Assembly: GCA_951406725.2 (NCBI GenBank)
Contig: OX597841.1
Span: forward strand, 22,568,001-22,632,000
DNA length: 64,000 nt
Direction: 5' to 3'
Origin: Octopus vulgaris
Taxonomy: Eukaryota
Shown here: positions 41,801 through 55,160 of the stretch, piece after piece
How the letters are laid out: the number at the start of each line of letters is the position of its first letter
Numbering within the stretch: the first letter of the stretch is position 1
Position numbers and translations under genes: made by a program
The notes under the pieces: model-generated
Seen by the model: only the letters and a program-made list of their open reading frames with translations
What the model was told of the DNA's origin: nothing
The model's database searches: none

Positions 41801-44305
41801 TTCTTAAAATAAACTCCAACCACAGAAATGCTGAGAATCCAATGCTTTATTATAATTTATCGAACCCTTGTTTCTTGATATAAGGTAAAGGACATAATTA
41901 GTAAGCGGGGCAAAATGAGTATTTTCCCGTTTCTCCTAATTTGTTTGGATTTATGATTTTTGTGAGTATTGCTACATTATATTTTAGGACTGGGGATGGC
42001 GGCGAGCTGGCAGAAGGGTTAACACCCCGGGCGAAATGCGTGGACATATTTCGTCTGCCGTTACGTTCTGAGTTCAAATTCCGCCGGGTCGACTTTGCCT
42101 CTCCTCCTTTCGGGGTCGATAAATAAAGTACCAGTTACGCACTGGGGTCGATGTAATCGACTTAATACCTATGTCTGTCCTTGTTTCTCCCCTCTGTGTT
42201 TAGCTCCTTGTGGGCAGTAAAAAAATAGATATTTCGTCTGCCGTTACGTTCTGAGTTCAAATTCCGCCGGGGTCGACTTTGCCTTTCATCCTTTCGGGGT
42301 CGATATAATCGACTTAATCCGTTTTTCTGGCCTTGTTTGTCCCCTCAGTGTCTAGCCCCTTGTGGTGAGTAAAGAAATATATATTTAGGACTGGGAATTT
42401 GTCCTTATAGTTGTTGGAGTTGCAGGTCCTTTTTATTATCAAGAAATTTTCCCTCAACTCTCAATCCGATAATAATCGAGGTTACTAATAAATTATCTGG
42501 ATGATGTTCGGTGTTTAACCATCAATATTCTTCTCTCTCTTAGATTCCAGATCAATTTTTACCCCCCGTTTAGTGTCTAATTTGGTAATTTTCAATTATC
42601 AAAAATCATGACTAAGATGGGGCAAAATGAGTAATGACTACTTTCAATAATCTCTTGTTAGTGGATGGAAGCACTCCGTCGGTTACGACGATGAGCACTC
42701 CACAAACACGTGTACCCTTAACGTAGTTCTCGGGGACATTCAGCGTGACACAGAGTGACAAGGCCGGCCCTTTGAAATACAGGTACAACAGAAACAGGAA
42801 GTAAGAGTGAGAGAAAGTTGTGGTGAAAGAGTACAGCAGGGATCACCACCATCCCCTGCCGGGGCCTCGTGGAGCTTTTTGGTGTTTTCGCTCAATAAAC
42901 ACTCACAACGCCCGGTCTGGGAATCGAAACCGCAATCCTACGACCGCGAGTCCGCTGCCCTAACCACGAAGAGATCTTGAAGAAACTGTTGATGATATTT
43001 TATGTTGATTTTTTTCCCCCATTTATTCGATATTCATTAATTTCACATCATTTGCAATTTTTCTCTGATTCTCTTTCATTTGAATTCGATACTTAAATAG
43101 CTTTTTGCATTTCTGATCTTTAAGATGTCGAAGGATAGATATTGATGTGTTTGAGTCTTTGTTTTCAAATGTAATTCTGGATAATTTGAAGAGACAATTT
43201 CACCTTTTCTTGCCTCTGCCAAATTTCTCTTTCTACACACGCAAAGAGAACAATGATAATTTCCTGAAATAGTGATTCTGTTATAATGATTTCAATGCAT
43301 TCAGGGAAGGCCATTTGCTTAGCTGATAAACATTTTGTAATCATTCGTGGAATCTCCTCATGGGGCAAAATGAGTAATGACTATTTCCAGTAATTTTTTC
43401 CCTTTATGGAGTTAAAGAGAAGAAATTGTGAGCTGTTAGGTAACTAGTCACAGAAATACATTTTCTACAATATCCTCTGGCCTTGTGAATGGATTTGGGA
43501 GATGGAAACTGAAGGAAGCCCAATATATATGTGGGTGTGTTGTCCTCCCACCCCTTCAACACTTGACAAACAGTGTTGGTGTGTTTATGTCCCCATAAAC
43601 CTGTGGTTTGGCAAAAGTGGCTGATAGAATAAGTGCTAAGCTCAAAAAATAAGTCCTAGCATTGATTCTATTGACTGAAGCCTTTAAAGTTGGTGCTCCA
43701 GCATGACCACAGTCAAAACAACTGAAACCAGTAAAAAGGTGTGTGTGTGTGTGTATTTATGAATGTGGAGCTGGAGTTTAGAAATATTTTAGCTTCAAAC
43801 AGGATTTTGTGATGTAAATACTAATAAATTAAAAAGTTCTGTTGTTCAGTTAAATGTTTACTTCTAGAGTTTATCTTTATGGAAATGTTGAATCTGTATT
43901 TTTTTAAGTAGCCTCTATATCTTACACTGTTGTTTCTTTATTATTTCAGAATATCAGATGACATTGGCATAACTGAAGATACATTCTCATTATTTATCAG
44001 CTTTTTAAAGACCAAAATGGAAATATTGTACAGAACAGATATATAAGATTGTTTCTATAAATCTGTGGTGGAATTCCTCTGATATATTTACTCTGAAATG
44101 TGTTATTAGCAAACCTTCTGGACATCACTGGCTGGAGTGTCTACAAGATGAGCCTGTTTGCAGATTGAATGTGGATAAATTTAGTTGTTTTGTGACAAAG
44201 GTAACAGTGGCCAGAAATACAACAGTTGAAATATTTGTAAACAAAAGACTATAGAAGCAAAAAGAATAAAAAAATAACGTATATTGTGAAGTTGAAGGAA
44301 AAATA

Positions 44306-45310
44306 ATGGAAAAGAGTGAGAAAGTGAAGGAACAGATTTTACCAGAAGATAGCAAAAAGGAGAGACAAAAATTGTCACATGACTGTGATGTGTGTAAAAA
44401 GTCTTTCTCAAGTAAATGTAACTTAAATAGTCACAAACGTATTCATACAGGAGAGAAGCCATTTCACTGTGAAATCTGTGGTAAATCATTCTCTCAAAGT
44501 GGCAACTTAGCTAAACATAAACGTATTCATACAGGAGAGAAGCCATATTCCTGTAATATCTGTGGCAAATTATTTTCTGATAAAAGTGCTCTAACTCAAC
44601 ATAAACGTATTCATACAGGAGAGTCACCATATCATTGTAGTGTCTGTGGTACAAGATTCTCTGACCAAAGTGTTTTAAATAATCACCAGCATTGTCATAC
44701 AGGAGAGAAGCCATTTCAATGTGACATCTGTGGTAAATCATTCTCTCAAAGAAGTGCTTTAACTAATCACAAGCGTATTCATACAGGAAAGAAGCCATAT
44801 TCCTGTAATATCTGTGGTAAATTATTTCCTGGTAAAAGTGCTGTAACTTATCATAAACGTATTCATACAGGAGAGTCACCATATCCTTGTGATATCTGTG
44901 GTAAATCATTCACCATGAGTTCTAACTTAACTGGACACAGACGTATTCATACAGGAGAAACACCATATTCTTGTGATATCTGTAGTAAATTATTCTCTCA
45001 AAATATTTATTTGACTTTACCCAAACGTATTCATACAGGAGAGACACCATTTCACTGTGAAATCTGTGGTAAATCATTCTCTGAAAGTGGCAACTTAGCT
45101 AAACATAAACGTATTCATACAGGAGAGACACCATATTCTTGTGATGTCTGTAATAAATCTTTCTCTACCAGTAGTAACCTAATGACCCATAAACGTATTC
45201 ATACAGGAGAGACACCATATTCTTGTGATATCTGTGGAAGGTCATTTACTCAACATAGCAGCTTAACTTCTCACAAATGTGTTCATAAGGGGAAGAAGCA
45301 ATCCCACTAA
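44306..45310 (+). CDS. C2H2 zinc-finger protein, 11 fingers, 334 aa
   Basis: Intact ORF; the translation appears identical to that of 29286-30290. Confidence 0.92.
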   Translation: MEKSEKVKEQILPEDSKKERQKLSHDCDVCKKSFSSKCNLNSHKRIHTGEKPFHCEICGKSFSQSGNLAKHKRIHTGEKPYSCNICGKLFSDKSALTQHKRIHTGESPYHCSVCGTRFSDQSVLNNHQHCHTGEKPFQCDICGKSFSQRSALTNHKRIHTGKKPYSCNICGKLFPGKSAVTYHKRIHTGESPYPCDICGKSFTMSSNLTGHRRIHTGETPYSCDICSKLFSQNIYLTLPKRIHTGETPFHCEICGKSFSESGNLAKHKRIHTGETPYSCDVCNKSFSTSSNLMTHKRIHTGETPYSCDICGRSFTQHSSLTSHKCVHKGKKQSH

Positions 45311-45623
45311 TATTTAAACTAAATCATAATCTCTAAGGGGTTACTGAAACCCTTTACCATGTACGTTATTCTGTCGAATGTGATGTTTATATATTCACAT
45401 TATTTTCAATTTGCCATCCAAAGGTTTAGTAAAATTCTATCAATTAGAAAAAAGATATTTAATTTTAATTCTCAAATTTTTATCAATTTTTGCGTGACAT
45501 TAAAGGGACACTACTCATATATGAACTTAGGCGCACACACACAGACACAGGAGACAAAAGACAATACAAAGAGTTTTCAAATTGAGTAAACAGGAGTAGT
45601 TGTGTGGTAAGTAGCTTGCTTCC

Positions 45624-46604
45624 CTTTGTCGGAGATAGACGTGTTTGTTTTTGGCAGAGAGTTCTTGCTGCTTGATGTCACGTCTTTCGTCGTGAAATAT
45701 TGAACTTTGAGGCTCGACTACAGGTAGGCGTTTGTCATATTTTTTGAGGGTTTAGTGGAGTTTGTTGCCCTGTATTTAATATTTTTTGGTGAGTAATAGA
45801 CTCCAATCTGCTCCAGACATTTGCCTGCCTGTGGCCGCCTATAAAGACTCACTTTGCAGTGAGAATTGTGTTTTCGAGGAGGCGTAGCCCCTCCGCAAAA
45901 TTAATTTCTTTGCGAAAATTATCTTCGTGTCTGGATTACCAAGGCAGGAAGGACTGTTTTTGCAAGGTGGACGTGAGTGTTTTGGCTCTGGCCAATTACA
46001 AGAAAAAAGAACAAAAACAGAGAAGGTTGTCGAGGCCAGTGATTTTGTTTTATCTGAGCTGGGTGTAATTTGTTATATTGTTATTTTTTGTTAACAAATT
46101 TCGCCTGCTCTCGGCGGCTGCTGTTTTGTGAATTTAGTGTGAATATTTTGGATTCATAAAAAAAACAAAAACAGTGGAGGGACGTATCCTCGCCCGAATG
46201 ATTAGAACCTGGTACAGTTACCGTTGGCTGTAGCCAGTATTGTTTGGATTTCTTTTACTAATCACGGGTAAAGACGATTCATACCAAGGAACCTATGTAC
46301 ATTTGGCCAGGAGTACCTTTTCGGCCGAAAATTAATTTATTTCTTTGCCTGGATTTGAACTCTCTTCTTCAAAGCTTTCGTTTATTTAAAAGAATAAAAG
46401 AACTCTTTTTTGAACTGTTATTTTTTATTTTATTTCTTCCCTTCTTTTTTTTTGTGTCTTATTTTATTTTCTTACATTTTGAACTGTAATTGAACTTTGT
46501 GTTGAAATGGCAAAGGAATTTCTTGTGTGGGACTTGACACCTCCCAAAAAATGGTTAAAAGAGCTTGAAAGGAAGACGGTGGTGTTGAGGACTTACTCAA
46601 AGTC
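45624..46604 (+). mobile_element. 3'-deleted ORF1-type retroelement (subfamily B) in split S1 SINE
   Basis: Paralog of 15532-16482. Confidence 0.8.
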
Positions 46605-48497
46605 ACTGACTGAAACAAGTAAAAGAGTAAGGAGTATATAATTGCCATTAGTGTTTTGATAAATAAAACAGAAGCCTGTGTATGAAACTGGTCTTTTTCC
46701 TACTTCAGTTATTTCATTTTTCTCTTATAAAATACACACATACAGGAGGGGTAAACTATACATATAATAATACTTTGAATGTGGCTCTCAAGAATGAATA
46801 AAAACATTTACCCAATTAATGACAGGTATTACTACGAGTAGTTTATATACATATACACACACAAAGGAACCAACCGAACGTGGCTGCTGCCAGCGCCGCC
46901 CGATTGTCCTCCGTGCAGGTTGCACGTAAAAGCACCATCCGATTGTAGCTGTTGCCAGCATCGTTTGGCCTCCGTGCCAGTGGCACGTGAAAGCAACCAC
47001 TACACTAACGGAGTGGTTGGCATTAGGAAGGGCATCCAGCCGTAGAAACTTTGTCAGATCAGACTGGGCCTGGTGCAGCCTTCTGGTTTCCCAGACCCCA
47101 GTTGAACCGTCACAAATTTTAACGAACTCTATCTGGAACAGTGGAAGTTGAAATTCCGTAGCATTGGTTATGAGTTTTGCTTGCGAGTTAACTGTGGCTG
47201 GTTCATCTTGATGTAGCTGTGTGTTGGTTATGCATTCACTGGTCTATTCTGTCTGCCTGGAGTTAGCGAATACAAAAGAATGACAAGAAGAACCAGGTAA
47301 ATTCAAAGCAACTATTATTTATTACAACCCCTTATAAAAATACATGGCAAATGTCTTACAAATTGTGAAGTAACAGGTTTGGCAAGTTTTAACAAACTCT
47401 GTCTGGAACAGTGGGAGTTGTATCACAGTTGAAATTCTGTAGCATCTTCCTGGTTTGGTTCTGTGTGTTGGGCAGCATCTGTTGTTGTGATCTGTCTGTT
47501 GCTGTAGAGGAAGTACAAGTTTACCAGGCCAGAGAGAGAGAGATCAGGATGAAGACAGAAACAGGTGTGCCGCCACAAAGGAGATACATGGTTACCCAGC
47601 CTGAGTGAAATGCAGGAGAAGGAGATAGAGGGTGGGAGACAACACGATGGAGATACTGGCAAAATGATGGGCGTATTCACTAGGGAGGGGATCAGAACAT
47701 AAATGGGGATGGTTGAGTAAAGGAAGAGGGAGATATAGATGGTGGCAAGTGCCAGGACATACCCTTGATGTTCAAACGTCATAATATAAGGGACAGGATA
47801 CTGCATAGGCGGCGAGCTGGCAGAAAAGTTAGGCTCTGTGTTCAAATTTCGCCGAGGTCGACTTTGCTTTTCATCCTTTCGGGGTCGATTAAATAAGTAC
47901 CAGTTACGCACTGGGGTCGATGTAATCAACTTAATCCCTTTATCTGTCCTTGTTTGTCTCCTCTCTGTGTGTAGCCCCTTGTGGGTAGTAAAGGAATAGG
48001 ATACTGCAAAGGAAGCATGATTAGAGTGTAGGGGGTGTTGAGTGATGACAACCTGGGTATTATATAGGGTGAGGGGGCTACCGGAGAGCAATGATACAGA
48101 GGAACAGCACCATGAGGACAGGATTGGGGGAGTGAGAGGTAGGCATAGTGTATGGAAGGAATGTGAAGAAGAGATGTAGATTGGTTTGTTGGGGGTAGGG
48201 TGTGTAAAAACTTTTCTTGTTACATGTGGGTGGAAGACATAGGTTGAGGGCAAGCCAGTAGCAATAATACAGTAAGACAGGGAATGGGGGTGGAACATAC
48301 AGGTCAGGAATAGCAGAGCGCAATGCTACAGTGAGACAGGGCAGGACTGTATTTAAAATATCCGATCGTGGCCGTTTGCCAGCCTCGTCTGGCACCTGTG
48401 CAGGTGGCACGTAAAAAGCACCCACTACACTCACAGAGTGGTTGGCATTAAGAAGGGCATCCAGCTGTAGAAACACTGCCAGATCAGACGGCCTGGC

Positions 48498-48941
48498 ATC
48501 TGGTCATCAAATCTAAGCAGAGACTAACCAATTCTACTCTATGGCTCAGAAACCTGGACGTTATCAAAGAAGCTTGAGAGGCGGTTCGATGGAACCTACA
48601 CTCGCCTCCTTATGAGAACTCAAAATCTCTCGTGGAAGCGTCATCCAACCAAAGTTCAAATAAATGGGAAACTACTACCTGTGTCATCTCTTGTGAAAGG
48701 TAGGAGAGTCCAGTTGGCTGGATATTGTTGTAGAGCTGAAAATAAGGCAATTTCTGCTCTTCTCCTCTGGAAGCCATCTGCTCGCGATACCAGAGGGCGC
48801 ACACTCTCCTACCCTGATGTAATCTCCAGGGATACAGGCATCCAGCAACAGGACCTCCGTAATGCCATGATGGACCGTGAAGTCTGGCGTAGCATGGTAA
48901 ATTCCATTGTCTCGACCACGGTCGAACAATGATGATAATGA
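48498..48941 (+). mobile_element. 5'-truncated RTE LINE in S2 SINE
   Basis: Paralog of 18377-18819. Confidence 0.85.
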
Positions 48942-49351
48942 CTGGCTTCCCAGACCCCAGTTGAACCGTCCAACCCATGCTAGCATGGAAAACGGACGTT
49001 AAATGATGATGATGAAATATTTTCAATGGCAGTCAATAATGGCCCCTTATGGTCATTGTGAGAAGTAAGAAGTGTTGGTACATCTAGTGTCCACTCTTTA
49101 GAATTTAAGCCAGCCATATCTGGCCCAAATATTCTACCTATTTTATGATCAAACTAGTCAGAGTCGGCTTCTTACACCTACCCTACAATGTCATTGTGAA
49201 AATACACAATCATATCATCAAAATTTGAAAGCTGTGGGTGAATGTATGACAAATTGAAAATAATGTGAATAAATAACCCTCACATTCGACAGAATAATCT
49301 GCATGGTAAAGGGTTCAGTCACCCCTTACAGATTATGATTTAGCACAAATA

Positions 49352-50849
49352 TCAGTGGGATTGCTTCTTCACCTGATGAACACGTTTGTGAGAAGTTAAG
49401 CTGCCATGTTGAGTGAATGACCTGCCACAGATATCACAAGAATATGGCTTCTCTCCAGTATGAATACGTTTATGAGTAGTTAGGGTACTACTGGCAGAGA
49501 AAGATTTGCCACAGATGTTGCACTGATATGGCTTCTCTCCTGTATGAATATGTTTGTGAGCAGTTAAACACCCATTTTGAGAGAATGATTTACCACAGAT
49601 ATCACAGTGATAGGGCTTCTCTCCTGTATGAATACGCTTATGTGTAGTTAGGTTCCTACTAAGAGAGAAAGATTTGCCACAGATGTTGCACTGATATGGC
49701 TTCTCTCCTGTATGAATACGCTTATGTATAGTTAGGTTCCTACTAAGAGAGAAAGATTTGCCACAGATGTTGCACTGATATGGCTTCTCTCTTGTATGAA
49801 TACGCTTATGTATAGTTAGGTTCCTACTAAGAGAGAAAGATTTGCCACAGATGTCGCAGTGATACAGCTTCTCTCCTGTATGAATACGTTTGTGAGCAGT
49901 TAAGTTCCCAATTTGAGTGAATGATTTACCACAGATATCACAAGAATATGGTGTCTCTCCTGTATGAATATATTTATGAGTAGTTAGGTTCCTACTGTCA
50001 GAGAAAGATTTGCCACAGATGTTGCACTGATATGGCCTCTCTCCTGTATGGAAACGTTTGTGAGCAGTTAAGTTCCCAATTTGAGTGAATGATTTACCAC
50101 AGATATCACAAGAATATGGTGTCTCTCCTGTATGAATACGTTTATGAGTAGTTAGGTTCCTACTAAGAGAGAAAGATTTGCCACAGATGTTGCACTGATA
50201 TGGCTTCTCTCCTGTATGAATACGTTTATGAGAAGGTAAAGCACTGTTGCGAGAGAATGATTTACCACAGATATTACAAGAATATGGTTTCTCTCCTGTA
50301 TGTGTACGATTGTGAGAAGCAAGAGCACTGTTGCGAGAGAATGATTTACCGCAGATGTCACAGGAACATGCGATCTCACCTGTATGAATTCGTTTGTGAG
50401 AAGTTAAAGCACTCCTGTGAGAGAATGAATAACCACAGATATTACAGGAGTACGGTTTCTCTCCTGTATGAATACGTTTGTGTGTAGTCAAGTCTTCTGA
50501 GAGAATGGTCTACCACAAATGTTACACTGATATGGCTTCTCTCCTGTATGAACACGCTTGTGCATATTCAAGTGAACCTTTTGAGAGAATGATTTACCAC
50601 AGATCTCACAGTGAAATGGTTTCTCCCCTGTATGAATACGCTTGTGCATATTTAAGCGACCCTTTTGAGAGAATGATTTACCACAGACGTCACAATGAAA
50701 TGGCTTCTCTCCTCTATGAATATGTTTGTGCATATTCAAGTTACCCTTTTCAGAGAAGGACTTTTTACACACATCACAGTCATGTGACAATTTTTGTTTC
50801 CTTTTTCTTCTGGAAAAGTCAGATCCTTTAGTTTCTCACTCTTTTCCAT
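49352..50849 (-). pseudogene. C2H2 ZNF gene, 17 fingers, 1-bp and 4-bp deletions near the 5' end
   Basis: 1498 nt against 1503 expected. Lesions at ~50800 and ~50494. The last 13 fingers remain open (49352-50491). Confidence 0.8.
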
Positions 50850-51456
50850 TATTTTTCTTTGAAAATCACAAAATATATATATATATGTTTTCTTCTTTGT
50901 ACTTCACAATATACCTTCTTTTTTTATTCTTTTTGCTTCTATAGTCTTTTGTTTGCAAGTATTTCAACTGCTGTATTTCTGTCCAGTGTTACCTTTGTCC
51001 CAAAACTCGTTAGTAAATTTATCCAAGTTTAATTTGCAAAGAGACACATCTTGTAGACACTCCAGCCAGTGATGTCCAGAAGATTTGCTAATAACACATT
51101 TCAGAGTAAATATATCAGAGGAATTCTGCCATAGATTTATAGAAACAATCTTATATATCTGTTCTGTACAATATTTTCATTTTGGTCTTTAAAAGATGAT
51201 AAATAATGAGAATGTATCTTCAGTTATGCCAATGTCATCTGATATTCTGAAATAATAAAGAAACAACAGTGTAAGATATAGAGGCTACTTAAAAAAATAC
51301 AGATTCAACATTTCCATAGAGATAAACTCTAGAGACAAACATTTACCTGAACAACAGAACTTTTTAATTTATTAAAATTTACATCAGAAAATCTTGTGTG
51401 AAGTTAACATATTTCTAAATTCCAGTTACACATACCTACTGCACAACATTTATATA

Positions 51457-51487
<31 letters not shown>

Positions 51488-52210
51488 CACGTAAAAAGCA
51501 CCATCCGAGCATGGCTGTTTGCCAGCCTCGTCTGGCACGTAAAAAAGCATCCACTACACTCACGGAGTGGTTGGCGTTAGGAAGGGCATCCAGCCATAGA
51601 AACTTTGCCAGATCAGACTGGGCCTGGTGCAGCCTTCTGGCTTCCCAGACCCCAGTTGAACCGTCCAACCCATGCTAGCATGGAAAACGGATGCTAGACG
51701 ATGATGATGATGATGATATTGTGAAATTGATGAATAGGGGAATTATAGACCTCTTGTTTAAATGCCTACAAAAAGTACATCAGCTAAGCAAATGGCCTTC
51801 CCTAAATGCATTGAAACCATTATAACAGAATCACTGTTTCAGGAAATTATCGTCGTTCAAAGACAACAAAATAATAATAATAATAATAATAATAATTCGT
51901 TCGTTTATTGGCCACAAGGGCTAACAAAAATCAATTAAAACATAAAGGGACAAAACACAGGACGAAAGTTACAAAGTGTTTTGTCCGTAACTATGAAGAA
52001 AACGAATATGAAAAAAACAACAAAAAAAACTGCGCTAAGGACCCGGGGGGTGGGGGACTTTCGGAAAATTTACAAGATCCGATTTTTCCGTCATAAGTTA
52101 GGGTAAAATGGATTGCGAGGATGATCCGGTTCTTGACTGAAGAAGGCTTCCAATGACCCGTCCGTGTTTTTTGTATCGTCTATTTGGATGTTTTGCGTTC
52201 TTGTCCCATT

Positions 52211-52241
<31 letters not shown>

Positions 52242-52601
52242 CAAAATGGGTCGTAAGACACTTGTTGTTGTTTTCACCGTTAATGCTTCTGTATTTCATG
52301 TTTCTGTATTCCATTATTGTTTTTTTATATTCGTCCCTTTTGCTGTCCTGGTGTCCGTATGCATTCGATCCTTCTTCCAGGAAATCTACGCTCCCAGCTT
52401 AGTTTTTCTAATGCTCGTTGCTTGGTTTTTCTTGGAGGGCTGGCCGTGATCTAGTAATCTCAAGATTAATCAGCCGAAATTACTACGATGATCCGGTTCT
52501 TGACTGAAGACTGAGGGTTTCGAATGTCCTGTCCGTGTTTATTGTATCGTCTTCTAAGAGTTATACGTTCTTGTCCATGTTGTATTTTTCTACATACCTT
52601 A

Positions 52602-52644
<43 letters not shown>

Positions 52645-53064
52645 TCTTTTGTTTTTTACGGAATCCCACTTTTTGGTTATGGAGGATCCGATCCTGAAAA
52701 AACTTTTTTCGAAAAATCGTATTATCAAAATTTCATTTACCACCAGCCTCTTCACTTTTCACTTGAAAAAAAAACAAAAAAACATATTTTTGCCCTTAAA
52801 AACGATGGGAGAAACCTTTTCGGTAACAAAAAAATAAAATATTGTAAATATTTTCAAAGGAAAAAGTGTGATTTAAGGGAGATTTGGCTGTTGTTTCTAG
52901 CAGATCCTAAGACAACCCTCCTCGTTTCACTTTCCCATCTTTTGAAGTTTTTCTCTTCATAAACACATTTATGATTTTTTTTCAACCCTATTCTTCGCCC
53001 CTGGTTGCTTCTGTTTACGATTTAAAATATCGGTGAGTCTGAGGCCGTTTCTGACATTTATCCA

Positions 53065-55160
53065 CAGTGAAAACACAAGAAACGTGGGAAAATGATGGAA
53101 AGTGTAGAAGGTAGCCTCCATAGCTAGAAATAGCAGCCAAATGTCGCACAAATCAAAGGACATCTGAGATAGGAAGTATTTAGAAATTAAATAGTTTAAT
53201 ACTTACGGAAATGGTTTAAAAAAGGATGGTGTTGTTGTTAGAAGTGCGTCAGGTGGTTGAGAAATGTATTATAAATGTGTTTGGGAGTGAATTGAGAGAA
53301 ATTCCGACTTGCATCAAGTTTGTTAAAATGAATGAATGGAGGCGGAAATACGCTTAGTGCGCATGCGTATGAAATATTGGTTTTTCTTCTTTTTTTCTTT
53401 TGTTTTTTAAAGATTTTGGTAGAAAACCAGAAATTTCGGGGAGGGTCAAGAGTCAGTCGATTTCATGGACCCGAGTAGTCAACTGGTATTTATTTTATTG
53501 AACCCCCAGCAGAAAAAGGTGAAAGGCAAAGTTTATGGATCTTTTCTGTTTGAACGGCAGTTTTTAACATAATTTCTAGGTAACTAAAAACTTTTAAACT
53601 TCGTATACTGGTAGAATGTGTTACATAAAACATCTTTTTCCTCTTGGCTTCATTGAGAAAATTCTGTAGTTTGTAAGATATTTCGTCTTTAATTTCTTGC
53701 ATTTCGGCAATTTTAACCAATCACTCACGTCTATTGAGGTAAAAAAATATTCTGGGCCGTATGAATATGTCCCTCGTTTAAGAAACAGATTGGGGATCTT
53801 TTCTGTTTGAACGGCAGTTTTTAACATAATTTCTAGGTAACTAAAAACTTTTAAACTTCGTATACTGGTAGAATGTGTTACATAAAACATCTTTTCCTCT
53901 TGGCTTTATTGAGAAAATTCTGTAGTTTGTAAGATATTTCGTCTTTAATTTCTTGCATTTCGGCAATTTTAACCAATCACTCACGTCTATTGAGGTAAAA
54001 AAATATTCTGGGCCGTATGAATATGTCCCTCGTTTAAGAAACAGATTGGGGATCTTTTCTGTTTGAACGGCAGTTTTTAACATAATTTCTAGGTAACTAA
54101 AAACTTTTAAACTTCGTATACTGGTAGAATGTGTTACATAAAACATCTTTTCCTCTTGGCTTTATTGAGAAAATTCTGTAGTTTGTAAGATATTTCGTCT
54201 TTAATTTCTTGCATTTCGGCAATTTTAACCAATCACTCACGTCTATTGAGGTAAAAAAATATTCTGGGCCGTATGAATATGTCCCTCGTTTAAGAAACAG
54301 ATTGGGGATCTTTTCTGTTTGAACGGCAGTTTTTAACATAATTTCTAGGTAACTAAAAACTTTTAAACTTCGTATACTGGTAGAATGTGTTACATAAAAC
54401 ATCTTTTCCTCTTGGCTTTATTGAGAAAATTCTGTAGTTTGTAAGATATTTGTAAGATATTTTCTTCAACGGCCGTTTTTTCTACAGATACAGTAAATAG
54501 GTGTTCTACGAAAACGCAATATTTTGGGAAAATCGTATTCTATATCGATGATATCAGAATCCGAAAACATTTTTGGAACCCCCCCCCCCAAAAAAAAAAA
54601 AAAACACCCAGACATCGGTGGGGTGCACGTGTTGTGCCTACATCGATATTTATGTATATATGCGTAAATTACGACGAGGTCGACTTTGCCTTTAATATTT
54701 TTGCTGGGGCGGGACACAATAAAATAAATACTAGTTGTCTACTGTGGTCAAGGTAAGCGACTTAGGCCCCCCCCAACACCTCCGCCGATATTGCTGGCGT
54801 TGTGCCAAAATTTGAAACCAATATTTCATACGCATGCGCACTAAACGTACGTACGCCCCCATTCATTACGTTACGACAAACATTTGATGTCTGGTGCCAG
54901 AATTTCTCTCAATTCACTCCTAAACACATTTGTAATAGATTTCTCAACCACCTGACGCACATCTAACAACACCATCCTTTATAAAGACATTTCCGTAAGT
55001 ATTAAACAACGAAAACATTTAATCTTTTAATACTTTGGTGTCTCAGATGTCCTTTGATCTGTTCCACATTTGGCTGCTATTTCTAGCTATGGCGGCAACC
55101 TCCTACACGCTCCATCGTTTCTTCTTTAAGTTTGTTTGTTGTGTGTTTTAGGTGGAGAAA
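53065..55160. promoter_or_regulatory. Putative bidirectional promoter of ZNF pair 4
   Basis: NRF1-like sites at 53358 and 54831, with inverted arms. Confidence 0.6.
53537..54450. repeat. 256-bp tandem repeat, ~3.6 copies
   Basis: Unit starts at 53537, 53794, 54050 and 54306. Confidence 0.95.
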
